Part shown: positions 10,611 to 23,353 of the stretch, piece by piece | Numbering within the stretch: the stretch's first letter is position 1 | Layout: each line of letters starts with the position of its first letter | Assembly: GCA_026770705.1 (NCBI GenBank) | Contig: JANJGN010000007.1 | Coordinates: 109,988,001-110,052,000 of the forward strand | DNA from: Isurus oxyrinchus | Taxonomy: Eukaryota | Length of the DNA stretch: 64,000 nt | Reading direction: 5' to 3' | The notes under the pieces: model-generated | The model's database searches: none | Seen by the model: the letters and a program-made list of their open reading frames with translations, nothing else | What the model was told of the DNA's origin: nothing | Translations under genes and position numbers: made by a program

Positions 10611-11417
10611 CGAAAATCAATTCAAAGATGAGAGCTTTTTATGCGTGTAGGCCCAGGTCATTTAATTCTTTTTAACTGCTCTGCCCGAAGGCAGGTCCAA
10701 TCCACAGCACCTTGACCGCCCACCAAGGGTAGGGCAAGGAGGCAGGTCCCAAATCCACCCCAACTGGAACAGGGTTCTGCTGGCATCAGTCAAATCCACA
10801 TCCGCCACCCAGACAACTGTGTCAACCAGCCCCCCCCCACATCCCCCCCCCCCCCCCCCGCCCCCCCAAAGCAGTTCGAGTTGCCGTAGGAACATACACT
10901 TTTACATGCATGTTGTAGCATGGATAGTGATGGTAGGAGCTCCAACTTCTTTCCTTCATATGGATGGAAAAAAAGTGAGCATTTTGGTGCTAATACAAAT
11001 CAATAGTTTTCCCCGGACTGACGTTGAAATTCTACAGGGTTATCCTACTGAAATTTGAGCGGACCAGTGTTTTCCTTTCGTCAGGGTGGGTGGTGGTGGG
11101 TGGACGGCGTGAGAACACAACAGGGACACAGAGAAAGACAGGGAGACAGAGAAAAATGACAGCCAGGCAGAGAAGAGTAAGAGAGAAAGAGAACAAGGGA
11201 GTGGGAACAAGAGACAGAGAACGAGAAAAAGAAGCCGTAAAGAAAAAAATGTTAGCAGCAGCTTATCATTTCTCTTGGGTTCCTGATGTTACAGTAAGAG
11301 ACCAGTGATAGCTTCATCAAATGCCAGTGGAACTGTATTTAAACCAAGTGTTTTACACTATTTAAACAGTCCAGGTTATTTTCTTCATCACTCTCACCAG
11401 TGACAGCCCCATTCACA

Positions 11418-11587
11418 GAAACAGAAATACCTGGAAAAACTCAGCAGGTCTGGCAGCATCCTCATGAGGACTCGAAACGTCAATTGCGCTTTCCTCCACC
11501 GGTGCTGCCAGACCTGCTGAGTTTTTCCAGGTATTTCTGTTTCTGTTTTTGTTTTGGATTTCCAGCATCCGCAGTTTTTTGCTTTTA
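11418..11587. mobile_element. Short palindromic pLTR mini-element
   Basis: Inverted CTGGAAAAACTCAGCAGGTCTGGCAGCA arms; 15-bp TSD ACAGCCCCATTCACA at 11403-11417 and 11588-11602; empty site near 61213. Confidence 0.87.
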
Positions 11588-14500
11588 ACAGCCCCATTCA
11601 CACCTTGCTACTTCACTTTCCTTATACAGCTTTTGCCTGCCACCAATCAACATTAAGGCAACGCACATTATGTACAATTGCATGCAGTATTTTCAGTACA
11701 GTTTGATCCTATTAGGAATTATACATGCCTTCGGCAATCCTAGTGACAGCACTTCTAAAATGTATCCAGCATCTGCCAGGGGTAATGTTCTAGCATTCCA
11801 TTCTGCCAGTATGATGTGCAACACTACAACTAAGTACAGCATCAAAACCGCCCAGATCGTTAAAATCTCTAATGTTCACAAAGTGGAGCAAGATACTTCA
11901 CTCTACATTCTGGGAAGTGGATGGTACAGACAAGGCTACATTAGACACGGAGAAGGTCACAGTGGGCCTTCTCCTTGAATTATGCAACAAAGTCCTTAAC
12001 TTATCACACGTCTCTGGCTAAGCAGAAATTCCGATCATTTCCTGCACAAAATAGATATCGAATGAACCATGGGCCCACCACCAACTGGAGACAGATATCC
12101 TCTAGACCTGCACGTGGTGCATTACAATTTTCTCATCTCAGGCTAATGTTAATAGCTGCAGTCCAGTTCAAATTGATTTTTATTCCTTTGCAGCTTTAAA
12201 CATTTCCTCTTCGTTTTTTCGAAAACCTTTTGATACAAGTTCATGAAGATCTGTATCAGCCTTATGACTGCCTGCAATCAGATACGTACTGCAATACCCA
12301 GTGATTCTGAACATTGTAATTTTCTGAAAATTTAAATTACTTCACACACAACTTACGTTCAGCAGACACCGTTGCAAATTGCATAGGACTATTAAGCAGC
12401 AGCAGCAATCCGATCATTTACAAGCCTTAGTCACATGGTATGGGCAGAAAATAATTGTGTGTGTGTGTGTGTAAAACAGGCAAGAGTTAAAATTCCAACC
12501 AACACTGTAAAGCCTCGAGTCCCACATCTGATCATAAATGAGAAGAAATTTGTGCGAGAATGGAGTTAGACCAAAAAATTACTTCTCCAAAGACGAAAGG
12601 TAAACACTTCACATTTCTACCACAGTAACCAAAGCAGCAGAATCCATTCAATGAATTGCCAATCCAGCTAGTTTTCGAGTGCGACATCCAATTACAAAAT
12701 AGAAACAAAATGAACAGGATGAAATATAAAAATCGCATGCGTTTCAGCCAAATAAAAGCTCAAAAAATAGTGATTTTATTCATTTAATAAAGTAGATGAT
12801 GCAAACAATTACGCACGTGCAGAAAGAAACATTTCATTTTTTAGAAAAGCTGCAGTTAAGTTCCTTGTTTCTTATTGTCGAGTTAAACAGAGCACCAGCC
12901 AAGTCAGGACAAGTGCTGCAAAATGCCACAGGCTAGGGTAGAAGAACTAATTAAGTCCGTGGCTGATGGAAGCCACGCTTGATGATGTTCAGGGAAACTG
13001 GACTTACATGGCCATCATGATCTTGTGCCTGGGATATTCATAAACTTCATTCATGAATAAAATTAATCCGAGAACTTAAAAAGTTACCAGAATTTTAGAT
13101 ACCTTGAAAAATGTAAACATTAACTGCAATGAAAGAAATGATTTTCTTTTTTAAGTATGAACAATGCATTTAAATACAAGGGCATTGAGTCATGAAACAC
13201 TTTTAGGAAATCTGCGTCCGGTTTCAGGATTGAAGTTGCCCAATTGCATACAGTGAAGTAGCCTTGTGATGTATCGAGTATAATATATCAAAATATCATG
13301 TTGGGTTAATTGATTAAAATATTTTGTTTTTACACATAACCAAACTACAAGCTAGTTATTAACCTAAACTTTTCTACAGCTGGCCTTCTAGTTACAATCT
13401 GGTCATCATTACTCATATTGCTACGCTTGGCCTTTCAAATTAATTTTCTAGATTTCCCCTCACCTGAAACATCTTTCTTCACTGTTTAGTTTAAAGCCCT
13501 ACCTAAACTGCGACACCAATGGACTAGAAGCCCAGGTTAATGGCAGGGGTCCACAAATCATAGAATCTTCACAGTGCAGAAAGAGACCATTCGGCACATT
13601 GAGTCTGCACTGGCCTCTGAAATAGCTTTCTCCCTAGTCCCACTCCCCTGCCTTATCCCTGTAACCTTGCACAATCTTTCTTTTCAGATAGCAATCCAGT
13701 TCCCTTTTGAATACCTCAATCGAACCTGCCTCCATCACATTCTCAGGATGTTCCTTCCAGACTCCAACCACCCTCTGGGTGAAAAAAAACCCCTCATATC
13801 ACCTTTACTCCATTTGCCAATTGTATTGAATCTGTAACCTCTAGTTCTTGATGCGCTCTTGATTGGGAATGGTTTCTCACTCTTTACCCGGTCTATACAC
13901 CTCAGCACCTTGAATGCCTCTATCAAGCCTCCTCTCAGTCTTCTTTTCTCCAAGAAAAGCAGTCCCAAGCTCTCCAACCTATCCTCATAGCAACCAATCT
14001 TTATCCCTGGAATCATTGTTGTGAATCTCCTCTGTACTTTCTCCAATGCCTTCACATCCATTCTCAAGTTTGGCTCCCAGAACTGGATTCAGTACTCCAG
14101 ATGAGGCCTAACTATGTCCTTTTGAACTTCAAGACTATCCTCATGACAGTTGACGTTTTCAATCCTCGTACCATTTGCTAATTTTGAAATCATGGCCTGA
14201 ATATCACAGTCTAGGTCATTAATAAAAGACGACAGTCTAGGTCAAGAAGAGCCAAGGGTCCCAACATTGACCCCTGAGGAATCCACTACAAATATTCCTG
14301 CAATCAAAAAAGCAACCATTTATCATTACTCTGTTTCCTGTCACCCAGCCAATTTCCTATCCAAGTGCTCACTTTCCCTTTTATTCCATGAGCCAGAATT
14401 TTGGTCATAGGCCTGTTGTGTTTTTAACAAATGTCTTTTTAAAATCCATATACACCATATTAACAGCTTTCCCTTATCAACCTATTCTGTTTCTTCATTA

Positions 14501-15184
14501 AAAAAAGCTCCAGCAATTTAGTTAAATATAATTTTCCCTTAATGACCTATGCTGGCTTTCCCTCATTATCCTACACTTACTGAAGGGACTGTTGATTTTG
14601 GCCCAAACTACAGTTTCCTCAAATTTCCTTACCACTGAAGTCAAACTGAGTGGTCTGTAGTTGTCAGCTTTATCCTTACATCCCTTTTTGAACAAGGGTG
14701 TAATGTTTGCTATTCTCCAGTCCTCTGGCACCACCCCTGTGTCTAAGGAAGGCTGGAAGATTATCATTAGTGCCTCTGCAATTTCCACTCTCGCTTCCCT
14801 CTGTACCCTTGAATGCATCTCATCTGGTCAAAGGTAGCCACTCTAATAACTCCTCCTCCTCAATTGAAAATTCTTCTAGCGTACCAGTTATCTCCTCTCT
14901 CACCTCGGCCTGGGCATCTTCTTCCTTTGTAAAGACAGGTGAAAAGTATTCATTTAATACCCTGCTATTTCTCCTAACTCCACATACAAGTCCCATTTTT
15001 ATTCCTAATCACCCCCATTATGAATTTTACCACCCTTTTATTACTTATATGCTTATGGAAGACTTTAGGATTCCGTTTTCAATTGGCTGCCTGTCTCTAT
15101 TCATGCTCTTTCCTTGCTTTTCTTATTAGTTTTTTTCACTTCCCCTGGCCCTTCTATATTCAGCCTGATTCTCCATTATATTTT

Positions 15185-17495
15185 CCACCTGTCGTGCTTG
15201 CGGGCAGACTGAAGGTGTTCCTCAAAGCAGTCACCCAGTCTTTGTACGGTCTCTCCAATATAGAGGGGACCACATTGGAAGCAGCGAATGCTTTTGACCA
15301 AATTGAAAGAGGTGCAAGTGAAGCACTGCTTCATCTGAAAGAAGTGCTTGTTCTCACTTTTCACCCCACCAGCCTACAAATTCAAAGGGTCATCCTCTGC
15401 CACCTCCGCCAACTCCAGCATGATGCCACTGCAAAACAAATCTTCCATTCACAACCCCCTGTCGGTATTCCATAGGGACCGGTCACTCCAGGATACCCTG
15501 GCCCAATCTTCCATCACCCACAATACCTCATCCCCCTCCCACAGCACCCTGCTATGCAATCACAGAAGGTGCAACACCTGCCCCTTTACTTCCTCCCTCC
15601 TCTCTGCCCAAGGGCTGAAACACTCCTTTCAGGTGAAGCAGCGCTTGACTTGTGCCTCCTTCAATTTGATCTACAGCATTCACTGCTCCCAATGCAGTCT
15701 CCCCTATATTGGTGAGGCCAAATTCTGACTGGGTGACAGCTCTGCAGAATGCCTTCGATCTGCACACAAGCATGACCCAGACCTTCCTGTCGCTTGCCAT
15801 TTCATCTCATGCCCACATGCCTGTCCTTGGCCTGCTGCAATATTCCAGTGAAGCCATTGCAACATAGATGACTATGTGGGGGGGTAGGATTAGTAAGTTT
15901 GCGGATGACACAAATATTGTCTGGGTGGTTAACAATGAGGTTGAGTGTCTTGGGCTACAGGAAGATATAGACGGGATGGTCAAATGGACAGATAACTGGC
16001 AGATGGAATTTAACCTGGAAAAGTGTGAGGTGATACATTTTGGAAGGAGTAATTTGACAAGGCAGTATTCAATGAACGGCATGGCACTAGGAAGTTCTGA
16101 GGAACAACGGGACCTTGGCATGTGTTCACCACCTCACTAACATGCAGAGCGGCATGTTAGTGAAGTGGTGAAAAAGGCATATGGGACACTTGCCTTTATC
16201 AATCGAGGCATAGATTACAAAAGTAGGGAGGTCATTTGGAGTTGTATAGAACCTTAGTGAGGCCACAACTGGAATACTGTGTGCAGTTCTGGTCGCCACA
16301 TCGTAGGAAAGATGTGATTGTACTGGAGGGGGTGCAGAGGAGATTCACCAGGATGTTGCCTGGAATGAAACATTTAAGTTATGAAGAGAGGTTGGATCGA
16401 CTTGGGTTGTTTTCGTTGGAGCAGAGATGACTGAAGGGCGTCCTGATCGAGGTGTACAAGGTAATGTGGCCCATGGACAGGGTGGATAAGGAGCAGATGT
16501 TCCCCTCAATTGAATGGTCAGTCACAAGGGGGCATAAGTTCAAAGTCAGGGGCAGGAGGTTTAGGGGGGATGTGTGGAAAAACATTTGTACCCAGAGGGT
16601 GGTGATGGTCTGGAATACACTGCCCTGGGAGGGTGGTGGAGGTGGGTTGCCTCACATCCTTTAAAAAGTACCTGGATCAGAGCTTGACATGTCATAACAT
16701 TCAAGGCTATTGGCCAAATGCTGGTAAATGGGGTTAGGTAGGTAGGTCAGTTGTTTTTCACGTGTCGGTGCAGACTCGATGGGCCAAAGGGCCTCTTCTG
16801 CCCTGTGATTCTGTGTTTCTGAAGAAACAGCATCTCATCTGCCAATTAGGATTTTACAGCCTTCCAGCCTTAACATTGAGTTCAACAAGTTCAGACCATG
16901 AACTCTCTCTGCTGCATCCTCACGCCCTTTTTTATCGCCTTTTTTACTATTCATTTTCATTTTCTAATTTCTTTTTCTATCAATTTTTAATTTTTGTTTT
17001 TATCCACTTACTTTAATTTTATTTATTTTCATCTTTATTCATTGTTTTATCCCCACCATTTATCCTATTTTCAATCGATTTTCCTAAATGTCCCCTCCCC
17101 TCACTCCATCCTCACAAGGGCCATCTGAAACTTGTTCATGTTGTTCTTTCCAGACTGCTTCCTCTTGCCCAGCTGTTATCACATCCTGATTTCTGACCTT
17201 ATTGCCACCATCAGCACCTCCTTTAGCCAGCACCACTACCATTAACAGCCCTTTGTGCTTTTGTCCAGGACATCTCTGGCAATCTCTCCTTTGCCTCCAC
17301 CTATCACTGGCTTCTATATACCTTCAGCTGATCCACTGTCCTTAAACAGTATGAATGTCATCACATTTTTTTCATCTCTTTAAATCAGAAGAAGAGTCAT
17401 ATGGACTCGAAATGTTAACTCTGTTTTTTTTCCCCTCTCCACAGATGCTGTTAGAACTGCTGAGTTTTTCCAGCATTTTCTGTTTTTGTTTTAGA
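15185..17495 (+). mobile_element. Penelope-like element with an inverted 5' piece, nested in the CR1 and itself interrupted by a CR1
   Basis: GIY-YIG on - at 15185-15350 and on + at 15350-15860, resuming about 16820; pLTR-like end at 17380-17495. Confidence 0.8.
15865..16815 (+). mobile_element. CR1 3' fragment
   Basis: [21 protein letters not shown], (GATTCTGT)-type tail. Confidence 0.88.
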
Positions 17496-20400
17496 ATACC
17501 TGCTCTCTTGTTGGATCAGAAACATGCTGCTGCAGAAAATCATCCTGAACACATTCCAGTAAGCCTTGCCCCTCCTGTCCCTTTGCACTATCCCTATCTC
17601 AGGCTATATTTGGATAATTGAAGTACCCTATTATTATTACTCAGTAGTTTTTACACTTCTCTGTAATTTGTTTGAAAATTTGTTTATCCACATCCCTTCC
17701 ACTGGTTAGTAGCCTGTGTGCTACACCAATCAATATTATTGCACCTTTTCATTCCTTACTTTTTGCCAGAGAGATTCCATCCTTCACCCCCCTGTAATAT
17801 CTTCTCTCTCCAATACTGTAATGCCATCTTCAATCAATACTGCCAGTCCCTCGCCCCACCCTCATTTGTCTTTTCCTGTCTCTCCTAAAGGCCTTGTACT
17901 TGGAAATATTTAATAACCACTCCTGTCCTTCTTGGAGCCAGGTTTCTGTTATTGCAATAATATCATAATTCCATTTGTCAACCTGCACCTGTAGTTCACC
18001 AATATTAATAACTACACTCCATGCATTCACACACATGCACATTAACCCTGATTTAGGCTTTACTTTCCCCCTTACTCTGAGCCCATCTAATGACTTATTA
18101 TTGCCGGCGTTAATTCTATCAGGCCCTCCAAGTACTCCATTTACATTGATACTACTCTCTGATATAACCTCCTTATCAGTTCATACTTCTCTGTTTCCCA
18201 CTGCCAGTTCCTCTCCTCTCCATTTTGAACTTGCCCTCAGGTTCCCATCCCCTTGCCAATCTAGTTTAACCCGCACCTTCTCCTGCACTGCACCCACGCC
18301 CTCAACAGCAGTAGCAAACCTCCCCAAGAGGACATTAGTCCCAGTCCGGATCAGGTAACCCATATTTCTTTGATAGGTCACACCTGCCCCAGAACCAGTT
18401 CCAATGCCTCAGAAATCTAAAGCCACCCCTCCTATTCCATTTCTCTACCCATGGGTTGACGTGCTCAATCTTCTTATTCTTATGCACGTTATCAAGTGGC
18501 TGGGGAGTAAACCTGACATTACTGCTCTTGAGCTGCTGTGTTTAATTTCCTTCCTAACTCACTAACCTCTGCTTCCACGACCTCATCCCTTTTCCTACCT
18601 ATGCCCTTGGATCCAATGTGGACCACAAGCTCTGGCTGTTCACTCTCCTCCAAAACAATGTCCTGCAGCCACTCTCTGACATCTTTGACCCTGGCACCAG
18701 TGAGGCAAAATACCATCCTCGAGTTAGCCGCAGAAACACCCGTCTGCTCCCTATATAAGGAACCCCCTAACGCTATAGCTCATCCACTCCTCCTCCTCCC
18801 TTCCTCATCATCTGAACCACCTGTGATGCCATGAACTTAGCTCTTGTGCCAGCCCTCTGAAGAATGATCTTGTTCACCAGTATCCAAAATGGAAAAGTGA
18901 TCAGGGAGTGAGGTCTTCTCAGCAGATTCCTGCACTACATGGCGGTTTCTCTTAGATATTCTGGTGGTTACCCATTCCCTCTCTGCTTGTCTGTACATTA
19001 GCTGTGGTGTGACTGCATCTCTAAACATCCTGCTCATGTAATCCTCAGCCTTGCACCTCCAGGTGCACCACAGTGAATCCAGTCACTGCTCGAGTTCCAC
19101 AACCTGGAGCTCAAGTTTTTGTTTTTGGTGACACCCTCTGCAGATGTAGTCATCGAGGGCACTTTTCACCTGCATGACTTCCCACATCCTGTAGAATGCA
19201 CACTCCACATCACCGAACTGCATTGACATACCTTAGGCTTTATATAAAATGTTTATTATGGTATGGTATAATGTAATATCTCACCTGTCACTCACCAACC
19301 AATTGTCACATCCAGAAAGGCCAACACTTATAAACCAATCAACTTATAGGCCTCCTGTGATATCACTTTTAGTTTTTATCTGTAAATTCCCTGCTCTCTC
19401 TCTCCGCTTCTTTAAGCTCTCAGACCTCTCCAGTTAATTACCAGTTACCATAAGACCATAAGACACAGGAGCAGAAATTAGGCCATTCGGCCCATCGAGT
19501 CTGCTCCTCCATTCAATCATGGCATTACTGATTAACCTACGTCTTCTGCACCAAAATGGAAAACAAACACTGGAGGCTGATAAGAGTAGAAGAGCACCTC
19601 TTCCCCCCACTTCACCAAACTCCCAACACAGGAAGCTCTACCCCTTGCACTAAGTCTTACTTAAATCATTGAAGAGGAATGGGCCCTGTGCACTGAATTC
19701 CCACTTTGAATCAAATTCCCAAGTACTCACTCTGTTTCTGTCTCATTCAGGCAAAGTCTCTCTTACTGTAATATGGGATTAAATGCATTTAAATTCCAGC
19801 ACAGCAGCTTTTCAATTCAATTAATAATGTCTGGAATATGAAACCACCATTAATTGTTGTGAAAAAAAAAGCAAATGGTTCTCCCATGTCCTTTAGGGAA
19901 AGAATCTGCCATCCTTGCCCGGTCTAGCCTACATGTGATTCCTGACCAGCAGCAGTGTGGTTGACCCTTAACTGTCCTCTGAAATGGCCAAAAAGCCACT
20001 TAGTTAAGCATAATTAAGCGTGAGCAAGGAAAAAAAGAACAGGAAATTACTCATTGGTCTACAGTTGTATTTGAAATCAAAATATCTCTCTTCAAGTAAT
20101 AAGCTCCTTCAGGCTGAAATGCAAGACAAACCCTTTCACATGAATCAAAACAAATGGCCTGATAAAGGGAATTTTAATGGATGGGTTTCTTTAAACAACA
20201 TTAATGCATGCCCCAGGTTCTGCTGTGATTCATGTATGAAAACAATCAGGAGGTGGAAATGTCAAAATGAGCTGTACAAAGTATCGGCTACCAGAATGCA
20301 CAGACTTAGTAGCTCACTTACTTGTATTTCACTATTTCAATCATAGCTTGTTCAAAACATAACTAAGCTTGCAGTTAGCAACGGGATAAGTTCTCGTGAA

Positions 20401-20789
20401 TTAGCTGAGAGTCTGGAAGCCAAAGCTTTCATTCCAAGGGTGCCATTGTATCCGTGAAGACTGAAGCTGTGCATACTGAAAAAAGAAGGCTCGGCTGATT
20501 CACCTGAGGGAATGGTTAAATTACAAGATGCTGTACAGGAAGCTTTTTAAAAGGGCATTCTCACCCTAGATCATAAATAATGTTCCAGCCATGTTGCCAT
20601 TTAGCAAGCCTCCTACAACCAACGTTGCCCTGTAAAAACTTCTACCTTCGGAGTTTAGTGCTTTCCATTTCAACAAAGATCCAACCACAAGCAACAATAA
20701 CTCAAGGCGCACTTTAAAATTGCAGCATGATGTGGATACTGGAAATCGGAAAGTACAACAAGAAATGTTCTACAGTTTGTCTAGTGTTT

Positions 20790-23190
20790 TCTATTTGTTC
20801 AAGGGACATGGCAAGGACAGCATTAATTATCCATCCCTAGTTACCCATGAGAAGATCATGGTGAGCACCTTCTTGAACCCTTGCATTCCCTGTTCTGCAG
20901 GCACATCCACAGGGTTATTGCAGGGGGTGATGGTGGGGGTGAGTTCCAGGAATTTGACCCTGGCACAGTCAAGGAATGGCAATATATTCCCAGGTCAGGA
21001 TGGTGTCAGTTCTGGGCACCACACTTTAGGAAGGATGTGAAGGCATTAGAGAGAGTGCAGAAAAGATTCACAATAAAGGGTCCAGGGCTGTGAACTTTCA
21101 GTTCCGTGGAAAGACCAAAGAAGCTGGTGCTGTTCTCCTTGGAGAAGAGACTTAATAGGAGATTTGACAAGAGTGTTCAAAATAATGAGGGGTCTGGACA
21201 GAGTATGTAGGGAGACTGTATTGCCTTTGGCAGAAGGATCGTGAATCAGAGTGAGCGATTTAAGGTGATTGGCAAAACAAGTGACAATGACATAAGGAAA
21301 AGCTATTACGCAGTGAGTGGCTAGGATCTGGAATGCACTGCCTGAGAGTGCTGGAAAGGCAGATTCAATTGTGGCATTGAAAAGGGAATTGATAATTACC
21401 AAATAGAAAAGATTTGCAGGGCCATGGAGACAAGGCTGTGGGATGGTGGTTGGGTGAGGAGGGGGGTCGGGGGTGGGGGGTGGTGGGGGAGACGAGTTAC
21501 ATTGCTCTTGCATAGAGCTGGCAAGGTCTTGATGGACTGAATGGCCTCTTTCTTTGCTTTAACCATTCTATGATGCTCGGTAGTTGGGGTGTTGTGTTCG
21601 GAATGAATGATGCTATCCAAGGAGCCTTAGTGAGTTGCTGCAGTGCATATGTTGTTGCCACTGTGGGTCAATGGTGGAGGAAATGAAGGTTTAAGGAGAT
21701 GGATGGGGTGCCAGACAAGCAGGCTGCATTGTCCTGGATAGTGTCCAGTTTCTTGAGTGTGCTGGAGCCATATTCATCCAGGCAAGTGAACAATGTGGAC
21801 GTGGGAGGGGACTGTGGTGGGAAAGAAGATTGAGAAGGCTAAAAGCTGGGCATAAAACAATTAATAAGAATGGAAATTAATTTAAAATTAGTAATAATGA
21901 ATATAAGGGGGGGAAATATATAAATACATAAATTAAACTAAAAATTAAAAAATAAAAATGAATATAGAGAAAAGGGGGGGATGAAAAAGGGATGGGGATG
22001 GAGGAAATAGTTCATGGTCTGAAGTTGTTGAAATCAATGTTAAGTCCCGAAGACTGTAAAGTGCCTTACTGGAAGATAAGGTCCTGTTCTACCAGTTTGT
22101 GTTGAGCATCACAGCAACTTTGCTGCAGCCCAGGGATGGACCTTGAGAGCAGGATGGTGTGTTGAAATGGCAAGCGACAAGAAGCATAACTTATCCCCAA
22201 GCATGACCCTGAGATTTTATTGCCTTTGGAAGAAGGATCTTGAGCTAGCGCCAGCAATTTAAGGTGATTGGCAAAACAAGCAACAGTGACATGAGGAAAA
22301 CTGGTTTACGCAGCGACTGACTAGAATCTGGAATGCACTGCCTGAGAGTGAGGAGGAGGCAGATTCAATTGTGGCATTCAAGAGAATTGGATAATTATCT
22401 AAATAGAAAAGATTTGCTGGGCCATGGAGAAAGGGTGGGTGGGGAGACGAGTTAAATTGTTCTTGCAGAGAACTGGCACAGTCTTGATGGACCAAATTAC
22501 CTCTTTCTATGCTTGAACCATTCTATGATTCCAGGTATTTGAAGTGTCGGACTGAGAATGGGTGGTGCTATCCAAGAAGCCTTGACCAGTTCCTGCTGTG
22601 CATCATGCAGATGTTGTTGCCGCTGTGGGTCAATGGTGGAGGAAGTGAAGGTTTCAGATGATGGATGGGATGTCAATCAAGTAGGCTGCTTTGTCCTTGA
22701 TATTGTCCAGTTTCTTCAGTATGCTGGGGCCACATTAATTCAGGCAAGTGAAGAATATTCCACCACACACTTGGTTTGTGCCTTGTAGACAATGGACAGG
22801 TTTCGGGGTGTTAGGTGGTGAGTTACTCTGTACAGAATTCCCAGACTCTGACAAGGTTTTGCAAACACAGTTTTCATATGGCCACTCTAATTGGTATTCT
22901 TATCAACAACGAGACCAAGATGTTTACTGGGGTAGGGGTGGAGGTGGGGTGGAGAGAGTTTCTTCGCCAGTAATACCTTTGAACGTCAAGGATGGTGAGT
23001 GGATTCTCCCTTGTTGGAAGTGGTCATTGCCTGGCACGAATTGTGGAACGAATGTCACTTGCCTCTTATCGACCAAAGTCTGAAGGTTTCCAGGTCTTCC
23101 TGCATATGGACACGGATTGCTTCGGTATCTGAAGACTTGTGAATGGTGCAGAACACGGTGCAATCATCAGCAAAGCTTCCCCACTTTACA
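20790..23190 (-). mobile_element. Mosaic of non-LTR retrotransposon fragments (minus-strand RT with + strand CR1 tails and a PLE piece)
   Basis: FADDCTVF at about 23150 on -; CR1 tails at 21007-21570 and 22215-22530; PLE-like segment at about 21800-22190. Confidence 0.65.
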
Positions 23191-23353
23191 CGTGGTGTCA
23201 CTAATTTCTGACATATTCCTCGTCTGAGCTTCGTGAACCCACTCAATCTGAACCATCGACTGGTCATTTGCTTACTTGCATTGATTCAAATGCTTTTTTT
23301 CTATGTATACTGTCCCTGGGGATTGAACACAAGGGTGCAGATGTTTATTCTAG

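Larger units (their letters stand above)
7..13262 (+). repeat. Segmental/tandem duplication, unit 1 (paralogous to about 43888-62872)
   Basis: Colinear homology of introns, exons and flanks, from AATGAGGAGGCTGTT to CAATTGCATACAGTGAAGTAGCC; it probably extends beyond the window start. Confidence 0.93.
13560..19250 (-). mobile_element. Degenerate CR1-type LINE (ORF1 SGNH esterase, APE, RT), interrupted by nested elements
   Basis: Minus-strand ORF pieces VVHIGSKGIGRKR, DIIAITETWL, VPEDWRIANITPLFKKG, LEKVQRRFT. Confidence 0.85.
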
